Below are positions 54,177 through 64,000 of a stretch of 64,000 nucleotides of DNA, piece after piece. The stretch comes from Azolla caroliniana (Eukaryota > Plantae > Polypodiophyta). The notes beneath the pieces were generated by a model. That model saw nothing but the letters and a program-made list of their open reading frames with translations, had not been told where the DNA came from and did no database searches. The DNA is taken from assembly GCA_043228905.1 (NCBI GenBank), contig JBHGNT010000003.1, forward strand, positions 9,610,001-9,674,000, written 5' to 3'. The translations under genes were made by a program, and so were the position numbers. Numbering within the stretch: position 1 is the stretch's first letter; each line of letters begins with the position of its first letter.

Positions 54177-55954
54177 GCACGTATGGGTAAAAGTATAAAT
54201 TATAACTCATTTTATTAGTATGGTTACAAGTACACCTCATATTTTTGTAAAACTTACCAAATTAATATAAGTCTTTAACTTAGTGTTTCCCATGTCGCAC
54301 CTTAGTGACATATTGAGCCATTGTTGAACTTTATTATGCCTACATTAACTTATCAACACATCCAAACTTGCATGATTTCTAATGATTTCTAATGATCTCC
54401 AAACTTTTTATATTTGCAAATTCTAATCAAGTTGTGGAATATGGGATACTAGTGCATCCAATTTTTGTAGAGAGGGTGTATTTGGATAGTTTCAAGAAGA
54501 TTCTACAAGTGGAATGCGCAATCCTTCCACTTGTGAACGCGAACGTGTTATGAGATAGCTAAGCAACTCAAGGACTATTTACGAATGGGTTATATACATT
54601 ATAGAAAATCTCCATGGGGGGCACCAGTTCTCTTGGTTAAAAAGAAAGAGGGTGCATGGCGTATGTGTATTAATTACCAACGCTTGAATAAAGTGACGAT
54701 CAAGAATTCGTATCCATTGCCCAGGGCTAACGATCTAATTGATCGTCTCCAGGGAGCTCGGTATTTTACGAAACTTGATCTCCGTACTGGCTACCATCAA
54801 ATTCGTATAAGTGAGGACGATGTTCCTAAAATGACATTTCATACGCGCTATGGCCATTATGAGTTTTTGTTTATGCCTTTTGGTTTGACCAATGCTCCGT
54901 CTACATTTCAACAAGAAATGAATGACATTTTCCGAGAACAACTTGGAGAATTTATCATTATTTTCTTGAATGATATTTTAGTTTATAGTCGTACATTACA
55001 AGAACATGCTAAACATGTCCGCTTTGTTTTACAAACATTGCGTGACAAATAGTTTTACGCAAAGATCTCAAAATGTGAGTTCTTCAAGAAATCAATTACT
55101 TATCTTGGACATCTCATAACCAAACGAGGAGTTGAAATTGATCCTTCTCGCATCGAGAAAATCAAGCTTTGGCCCACTCTTCGGAATATTCGAGAAGTTC
55201 GATCATTCCTTGGTTTTGTCGGGTTTTTGTGAAAATCTCTTTGTAATTACTCCCAATTGACGACGTCGTTTACTAATCTTCTAAAAGGTCAAACGTGTAA
55301 GTCTACAAAACCTATTGTGTGGAATGCTACACTAGACCTCGCCTTTAAGGAACTCAAGGACCTGGTTTGCAAGGCTCCTTCACTTCTTTTACCCGATCCT
55401 TCAAAACCATTTGAGGTTGAAACCGATGCAAGCGATTATGCTATAGGTGTTGTCTTATATCAAGATGGTAAACCAATAGCATTCGAGAGTAAGGAACTTG
55501 ATTCTGCTCAATGTCGGTAAACCATTCAAGAAAAGGAATTATTTGTAATTATACATAGAGTTTAAAGAAGGGGAGGATTACTTTTAATCCTCGGGATTGA
55601 GACAACCCATTAGGCCAAGTGTGAACATGGTTGGGGGCCTTGGGTATCGCTATAAATAAGAGGCCTAGCTACCCTCATTTCATCAGTTGTTGACTACGTC
55701 AAGACTCTGTCTTGTGGTGGGTCAACTCTTGTAGCGAGCGCGCCAGCACCAAGTATGACTCGACACCACGGCGGTGGTATGGGACGCCGATTGAGGCTCG
55801 AGTCCGTCTTGATCCCTTCGCTCGGGGGTGGTCGGGTGGATCGGCACCCTTCTTTCTCTCTCTCCTCTCTATCTAGATCTATCTATTCATCTATAATCCA
55901 TCCTTATCTAATGCTTACATTAGTTCATGTCTCTAATACTTAAGGTTCAAAAAA

Positions 55955-56674
55955 TCATGCTTAAGGTCCAAAAAAGTCCCTCACATCGACTTCCTAGAAT
56001 TGCATGGGAAGCAAGCAAAAAGATCCAAAATATGCATAAAAGCAAAATTTTGTGTTCCGGTTGGATGCAAGATATAGAAAAATGGTTTGGTAGATGGGAT
56101 GCGAGATACTTGCTTCATGATGCATCACTAAATTCCTTTGTAAATGAGGCCTTTTTGCAACGCCAATGTATCATGACATGGGACAAATGTGGAGGCTCAC
56201 GCTTCACACATTATACTACACATGTTGCACCTAACTACAAAACCATATTCTTTGCTGAACGGGGAAACCGTACACATCGATACATGTTAGAGCCCATACT
56301 ATTATCTGCCATTCGAACCATTGATTCCATGCGACTTAGTTGACATGCATTGCGATGTGAGAAAGGGTGTTGGGGCACAAGTGATGAGAGTGGTCGGCTA
56401 TGCACATTTTGGCCTAAACAAGTTCGCGGGTCTGAGTATCACACTTTGATACAATGCTCTGCCTTTGATCATATTCGACCATGCTTTCCACATCTCTTTG
56501 ACCGAGCCCAATCCTTGCATGAATTCCTCTCACAACCACAATGTGCACTCTCGATTGCAACATTCATTGGTAAAGTTCTTGAACATCGAGAGTCACTACT
56601 CACTTTCACACGTATCATGTGAAATGTAATATTTTTGGTCTCATAGGTCATATTTGACCTTTGAAGACAATAAT

Positions 56675-56710
<36 letters not shown>
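55955..56710 (+). mobile_element. 5'-truncated RTE-X-like LINE (family A)
   Basis: Near-identical to 47730-48450; 3' hairpin and (CT)n tail. Confidence 0.95.
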
Positions 56711-56713
<3 letters not shown>

Positions 56714-59700
56714 ATTAGCTTACCCTAGTAATAAGTTGATTACACTACTAACACTACATCTTGGTTTTGATACCCAATTTTCTCACCTCTCTATTACTCC
56801 ATATCTGATATTTCTTATTTCACTAGATGCCACTATGGATGTAGGGGTTGAACTGTTGAATATGGGTATATAATAGTCGTCTTCACATTGTCCCATTTGG
56901 ACAAACTAGACTAGGACATATTTGTAATATGATCAAAGGGCATGGCTCGAGCCAAAATAATCCGAGCTCAAACCAGTTAATTCAATTCAAACATGAACCG
57001 AATTGTTGTCGGCTCCTAGTGCATGCTAAAAAAGAAAAACTAGGGTGCATGACAAAAGAGGAAAAGAAAGTCCCACTCTTAGTAAATGAGGTAAGCTTTC
57101 TTGACAATTATAAAGTGCTAGGAGATAGCTAATTGTAGCTCTTCATAGTTTTAAGATTAAACACACAAGCTCTTACTCTAAGAAGAACTCTAACGAGGAA
57201 GTAAATTGTGAGAGAGTATTGGATGCCTAGGATGACCAAGGCATGTAAGTCGTTGGTCAACAATTCAAGGATCACCCCTTTTCTCTTTCTTTTGCATTCC
57301 ATTTCTCTTGAAATCAATCTTACACATGTTGTATGAAGCTTGTTCAAGTTGGATCCTATGACTACTTTCTTCCTCATTAACCAATTACCATATTTCCTAT
57401 GCTCATGCATGAAATGTGTGATTACAATTCTAGAAATCTTAACTCTTGAGTGATTTAGTGGTTGATCACCCCCAACATTAATTATGAAATTTGTTTATTA
57501 TGTCCTCAATCATTCTAAGCTCATTAACATTCTTGAGGGATCCTCTTGATCGAGTACCCACCAATATCATGTTTCTTGTCAAACCTCAAATTTGAAGTCA
57601 TGATAGAACCTAGTCTAGTTATGTAGTTGTCAAAGTTCATTGTGAGTGAAGGCTCATTTGAGGTCTATAGGTGAAGGATTAGGGGCGAGAATAAGAATCT
57701 CTTGTGGCAACCTCATGTGCAGAGGAACCCATGAGTGGAGTGCTTTGCGTCAAATGGAGTTTCAGTTCATTAAAGCTTGCTTCCAAGAGTAGGAAAAAGT
57801 GAAGAGAGTTCTAAAACAGTTAGTGTACTACTTGACGGGGTAAATGTGCAATTTTTTATCTTACAAACTAGTTATTTCTAAAAACAATACAAAAAAATCA
57901 TGTTAAGTATATGCACAATCCTTGTTTGCTTTTCAAGTTCTCTTTCTTTACTTGATAAAAAACATCATCATGCACAAGTTTTACATGCCCAAATTCCTCA
58001 CTTTAGTATGTAAGTACATATTGAATCTCATTCATTTTCACATATTTAAGTAAGTACCTCACATACATGTTAGCCAACAAATTGACAAAGAGAATGGACA
58101 TAACCCATAATGATATAAGTGCAAAATATCATTTGGACTGCAAACCCACCAACCACTTTACGGATTACTCTACACAATAACCCATCAACTAGTGTTTAAA
58201 GACTATTTGGGCGTAATGCTCATGTAAAATCACCCATACTTTCATAGTGTATCTTTAGTTTATGGGTAAACCCAAGCCAAATTTGGAATACACTAGCCCT
58301 TAAAAGACAATGTCCATATCATAAGAACGTCTAACATTGCCTTTAAATGACCTTTGATGTGAGGAAGTTATGTTCATAAGATACAACTCAATCTTGTGGG
58401 TGGGCAGGTTGTTCCAGTAAGCCTACCTCACACATGTGAATCTATAGATATATTATACCAAAAGATAAAGGTCCAATGTGAAGTTCATAATCGGGACCTA
58501 TATAAATTGTAGGTTCATAATGTGTTTTACATGTTTTTAAGTGGCAATATCATCATGTTATATGCACAAAGATAACGATCCAATGCGAAGACCCCAATGG
58601 GACATATATAAATTGTAAGTTTGTAATGCGCTTTTGAATTTCTTTTCATGACAAGTTACAACATGGTTATGTTATATTGGTCTACACCGTCGTCATATCA
58701 CAAGTTGTCTCAAATGAATCCTTCTAAATAGAGATAGTGGCTTGATTTGTACCCTTCAAATCTATTGATGCAAAAGACTTTGTGACATTGAGCACCTGAA
58801 TTACTAAATATTCATAAAGCAAACATATATAAATGCACTCTATCTCTTACTATCTCGTCTTCATTTCACCGTTGATATTGTCACCCCATGTAACATATCG
58901 CACTAATCTAGTTTACATTATTAGTGTCTCACTCATTAATTCTCTCTCACACTTAATCTATTCTTACACCCCCTTTCCTTCATCCCCATATTTGTTATAG
59001 TTTAATGATAAGGAATCTACTTTGAAACATGTGTGAGAGTCATATTTTTGTTGTGGCTTAAGGAATAAATCTTGAACCAAAATGAACAAATAAATCAATG
59101 TTGGAGGTTGAACAAAAAAAGAAATTTCCTAATAATTTTTGTGAAGGTAAATCAAACCCATTTTTCTAGGTTTACATAGCATTCATGTTCTAGGTTGTAC
59201 ATGACATTCTTGTGAATGCTACTACAAAACTAAGTTGTGTTGTGCATGACAATTGAAAAGGTTGCATGATTGATCTCGTGACATGAGACATAAAGAGTTA
59301 ACTTTTAATATATAATCACTAAACAAAGTAGGTTTATTGCACTATTGGTGAAAAATAGCTTATGACATGATATAGGATAACTTATGGAGCTTTGTTGATG
59401 CATCATGATGCAAATTGTAGATTCCAAATTTGCAATGTTATGATGTGAGTCTATTTATTATATAAATGCTAATGTTTATAAATACTTAAAGGTTTACAAT
59501 TGCTCCATAAACTTTCATAGAAAATAACAAACTTGTAATATATCTCAAGTGATTTTTGAGTCCTTGAATTGGGTTGTAATATTAATGTGAATGCTCTCCA
59601 TTGGTGAAAGAACATTATAAGGTGATATATAGCTTGTAATTATATAGCTTGTTCTCTTTTTGTGAGACCCCTCATAATTTTTGCCTAACGAAAACCTACA

Positions 59701-59767
59701 TGTCTTTAATGCAAAGGTTGTAAAGTAGATCATAGAAAGAAAAATATTAACCAATTCCACACAACTT

Positions 59768-59778
59768 TATATATAAAA
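59768..59778 (+). promoter_or_regulatory. Candidate TATA box of the lipase gene
   Basis: TATATATAAAA about 55 bp upstream of ATG 59832, followed by a CT-rich leader. Confidence 0.55.
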
Positions 59779-59831
59779 CTTGGAAAAGATCCTAAGGTGG
59801 TCTCCTTCCCTCTTCTTCTCTAGCGACAACC

Positions 59832-62800
59832 ATGGGGTCATTCTTTGATCACAATTACTTGATCATTGTTTTGATTATGATTTACATGCATTGGTTGGGT
59901 AATGTCATGAAGAGTGATGCATCAAGGCCTCTTAACATGTCAACTAGCTCAACACCTAGTTCAAACAATGTTAATAGTGCTAGTGGGAAAATGGTGACAA
60001 ATCGAACCGATGGACTTTGCAATCGTTTGGTTCTCCCTCAACATGGTTATGCATGCACTGAATACATGGTGACTTCTTTTTTTATATTACATGGTGCTAC
60101 TTCTAGAATTTTGTAAAATTTAAGGTCAATTATATATATTTATCATCTACGTATATGTTGTGAAATGAATGCTCCACATTTTGTAACACAGTTGAGATTC
60201 AAGTTTCTTGAAGCTAAATTTCCAGCCTATGAAGATGTGGGTCCTTCATCATGATGGAAATCACAGCTTTTCCAAATAATGCCAATGTTTTGATCCATGA
60301 CACAGGTTCCCACTGGAGATGGCTTTCTTATTGGATTACAAAGAATGTCAAGAATTAGTCAAGCAGATGCTCTGGAAAAAAAGGGCGTAGTTTTCCTAAT
60401 GCATGGACTTTTAGTTGTAAGTGGCATTATTTTCATTCCAGTACTATAAGTCTTTCTATCTTCTTTATAATGTATATAACCAATGTTGAATGTTGATGTC
60501 ATGAAACTTCCTCCCATAGTTGCCTATTGAAATTATTGAAAGTCCAACATGTAAGGATTGTTAAAAAAACCACTAAATTTTATTTTGAAACTCTTATAGA
60601 ATATAGAGTCATTGCATGGATAATGAGATCAAAGGAAATAGTCAAACCAAACTTAATAAACTGATCATAATATATTGAGAAATATAGAATGAAATTGATC
60701 AAATCAAGTATAGGAATCACATAGATATTCAAACAAAAAAAGAGTAAAACACAGTTTCCTTAAGGATTAGTAAGGTAGAGAGGAAAGAAAGGATTGATGA
60801 AATTGATAATAGATAGAGTTACTATTGAATGTATGGGCTTTCATCAAACAAAATAACAAAATAAAATAGAGATTTTGTATTTCTCACCATGTAAAATAAC
60901 TGCACCACTTAATGGCATTGCCCATTTATATTCAAGCCTAACTAAACATAGAGTATTTATTGCCAAAAAGTGTAGCATAAAAGTTAATATCACAAACATA
61001 ACAAGATAAATCAATATCACCTAATGGCATTGCCCGTTGATATTCAAGCCTAACTAAACATAGAGTATTTATTGCCAAAAAGTGTAGCATAAAAATTAAT
61101 ATCATAAACATAACAAGATAAATCAAAGCTTAACATGCACCATGCACACCCAGAGGATTAGTATAAGGCAAGAGGACAAAAAGATAGAGGTGTGAGTTTT
61201 TATTTGAACAAAGAAAATAATAAAAATCCCCTTAAGTCAAAGATAGATAGATGGGTTTTACTATTGTCCTTGGAGGTCAAATATGAAGTAAGCCAAAGTG
61301 AACCATATTCACTTGGTGTATATGGAATCTACTAATGACTCTTTATGTTCAAGCAATATACTATTGAACTTTGCATCAGTACAATTTCATTGACAAGAGA
61401 CATTTGTCAAATTGATACAAACAAGGAAAATAGAAGAGCATCTAGAAGAGGGGCATGAAAAAGACTTAGAAATGTGTAGAAATAAAAATCTTAATGAAAT
61501 CATTTGGGGATATCAAATAAGGGATATTGATCAATCTTCTACTTCTCGATATGGGAGAGGAGATATAGGTAAAGAGATGCATGGAACGTTAGAACAAAGT
61601 GCAAACATTTAGATTGGGATATTCAAACAAGATAAACAAAGGAAATATAATTTCTTACTTTTCACGAAGAAAAATAATTATGCGACCTAACAACGTAATG
61701 CCTAAAAGTATAAAAAGACAATGAGAGGCGGGTTCAACATGGGTTCTAATGGGATTTACGAGTATATGGATGTGAAAAGAGAAAACATTGTTGCTATTGA
61801 TAACGATATACAAAAAAAGGAGAGGAGATAATAAGTATGGCAATGAAATGGCTCGAGGTCATGCCCCTTCGAAGGCAGTGGAGGCCCCTTTGTAAATAAG
61901 CAGTATAGGTAGTCTCTTTAGTGGACAACACGACCAATACATTTGTTGTGAGTTGTGCAACCACATTGTATAGCCTTTTCTGTAAAAAAACTCTCCTAAT
62001 TAATTGGAAAGCAATGTCTTTTATGGGGAAAAAAAATATGGACGAAAATTGAGAATGTTAAGAAAAAAATGCATCACATGCAATAGAAGATTGTTCACGG
62101 GGCATGCTTTAACACTCATTTTACATGTTAATATCCATAAATGCATTTCTCTTTTCATATATCTTTGGTTGTTTCTTGATCATTAGCAAATTATAATGAT
62201 TATTCGAATTAATTTTCTTGATTTTCTTGCTCGGGATTTTAGTGCCATTTGTATACCTCAAGTAGCAATGGGCCCGATTTCAGCTCAAAACGAACCGAAC
62301 CGTTAAACCATGGCTTAACGGTTTATCGGTTCAAAGATAAATAAACCATTTGGTTTGGTTTCAAATGTTATGATCCGGTTTGGTTTCGGTTCGGTTCGGT
62401 TTTGAATTTCATGGTTTAGCGGTTTTTCGGTTTCGGTTTATGTGGTTTGGTTTAAAGGTTTATAGGTTTATAGGTTTAAAAATATTCTTAAATTTTCATC
62501 TCTAGGCTGTAACTTTCAACTTTTAATTTTAAATCTCTAGGCTCTAACTTATTAAATTTATCTCTAAAAATGGTCTGGTTTGGTTTTAATTTATGATAAA
62601 CTGGTTTGGTTTGGTTCTAAATTTTTCCTAAACGGTTTGGTTTGGTTTCAAGGCCAAGAAACCGAACCGAACCGGGCCCATTGCTAACCTCAACCAAATT
62701 CTTGTTCATATATTTTGAAAGTACAAAATAGTGAGCTACCAAGATTTGCTTGTAGCTCCACTATCGTATTGATTCATTACATTAGGCACAAAGTCATGTG

Positions 62801-63576
62801 CCATCTACACTCAAGATTATGAAACATTGTTTAGAATGTCTATGGTTGATTTTACTACATTCATGAGTATGTATAATAATGTATTCATGTTCTTAAACTA
62901 ATATTACATTTTGTGGTAAATGTATGTATATTGAACAAAATCTTATTACAGGGTGGAGATGTATGGGTTCTAAATGGACCATCTGAGGCTTTGGGATTTA
63001 TTCTAGCAGATGTTGGCTATGATGTTTGGATTGGCAATACTAGAACCACAAGATTTAGTTTTGGGCACTCATCCTACCAAAAGAATGATCATGTATGTAT
63101 GCTTCTTCAAACTAACCTATGTGTTGCTTGAAAGTAACTACATATTGCCCTTCCATTTGTACATGCTTTTTTCATAACACACTGGATTAACTCATAGTAG
63201 TATGTATATTAAAACTGCTCAATTATGCACAAATTTTCAACATATGGGTAGGACACGATTGTGCATGTAGAGTGTATAGCCACTATAGCATTTGAGTTAG
63301 TGCATGTGTGTCCACATGTGTTGGGGCACACTACATATTCGATGTGTGGGAGGTGAAAACTCATTGTATTCCCCATCACATACACATGAGATGTGGACCT
63401 AGGTGGGTATAGTGCCAATAATGTTGAGAACGGGATAATACAAATCTTTTATGTTATAATGGCAGGAATATTGGGATTGGAGTTTAGATGAAATGGCCGA
63501 GCAAGATCTTCCTGCAATGCTTGGATTTGTTTACCAAAATACAAATACAAAAATAAATTATATTGGATATTCTCAG
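59832..63576 (+). CDS. Triacylglycerol lipase (AB-hydrolase, acid-lipase/LIP1-LIP2-like), partial; continues beyond the window
   Basis: Exons 59832-60068, 60306-60416, 62952-63092, 63466-63576, all phase 0 and GT-AG. Signal-peptide-like N-terminus; GYACTEYMVPTGDGFLIGLQR, VFLMHGLL, ILADVGYDVWIGNTR, YWDWSLDEMAEQDLPA, and IGYSQ|(G) nucleophile elbow. Confidence 0.93.
60910..61127. repeat. ~112 bp tandem duplication in lipase intron 2
   Basis: taatggcattgccc...aacaagataaatcaa occurs twice. Confidence 0.9.
62263..62686. mobile_element. hAT-type MITE in lipase intron 2
   Basis: TIR TAGCAATGGGCCCG; 8-bp TSD ACCTCAAG/ACCTCAAC; subterminal AACCG/CGGTT motifs. Confidence 0.88.
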
Positions 63577-64000
63577 GTTAGAAACACTTTGCTTAAAATT
63601 GTATTTGTTAACATATGCAATTTCTTATTAGTGACTCATAGATCAATGTCATATAACTACTTTTAAGTCATAACCGTACTTTTTTATTAATCTCAAATTT
63701 GTATGTGGATAGGATTCCACGCTTCATAGTTGGGAATTTGTTTTTGGTTAACATGTCATAAGATTTATTATATGTCAAAGGAAACCAATGTCCAAGAATA
63801 TACATAAAAACGTATGCTCTACATAATCCACACAATGTTCTTGGGTGAACCTTAGAATCAAACTTAATCATTTAATTAATCACTTACATTCCACTTAAAG
63901 CCATAATAATATCCGTCCATAGATTCCTTCATTTTGCAAACTTAATCTAACTAATTACATAATCACGATGATTTAATCTATATAGCCTTCCAAAGGTGAT

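Larger units (their letters stand above)
50552..54549. mobile_element. TIR DNA transposon, 36-bp TIRs, 4-bp TSD (ATGA), internally deleted
   Basis: Left end AACATGTTCTCGTTCACAAGTGGAAGGATCGCGCAT matches the reverse complement of the right end AACACGTTCGCGTTCACAAGTGGAAGGATTGCGCAT (33/36). ATGA at 50548-50551 and 54550-54553. Excision restores the Gypsy frame SEEDEIAKQLK. Confidence 0.95.
48559..55795 (+). mobile_element. Degenerate Gypsy element (LTR ~48559-48859, gag, PR, RT, RNase H; integrase missing; partial second LTR ~55563-55795)
   Basis: Gag 48888-49745 with CVFCKKKGHTKEQC; FLFDSGSSHNF; [15 protein letters not shown]; RNase H VETDASDYAIG. Interrupted at 50552-54549. Confidence 0.9.

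Noticed and set aside
56800-59700. Possible additional gene or element upstream of the lipase
   Set aside because: Only short motif-free ORFs in AT-rich sequence; no termini or splice pattern could be supported.

Overview
This is eukaryotic plant nuclear DNA, probably from a fern or lycophyte (inferred from the Tcn1-like chromoviruses and RTE-X-like LINEs). Two host genes point away from each other on either side of a ~45 kb pile of nested transposons. One is a complete 15-exon organellar tryptophanyl-tRNA synthetase (minus strand, 5721-11983). The other is the first four exons of an AB-hydrolase triacylglycerol lipase (plus strand, from 59832). Between them lie chromovirus-type Gypsy remnants, a near-complete 10 kb Athila-like Gypsy, Copia remnants, solo LTRs, a full-length RTE-X-like LINE with several 3' fragments, and a tRNA-derived SINE; a hAT MITE sits in the lipase intron. 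Five observations stand out. (1) A TIR DNA transposon (50552-54549, 4-bp TSD) carries a spliced, now decayed beta-class N6A/N4C DNA amino-methyltransferase gene. (2) The Athila-like element has no polypurine tract and instead has a tRNA-3'-end mimic ending in CCA next to its 3' LTR. (3) A non-autonomous chromovirus derivative has a Tf1-type self-priming PBS and a satellite-like core. (4) Two chromovirus LTRs carry perfect heat-shock elements next to the TATA box. (5) The LINEs target (CT)n microsatellites and share a covarying 3' stem-loop. All calls were made by eye; no database searches were run.
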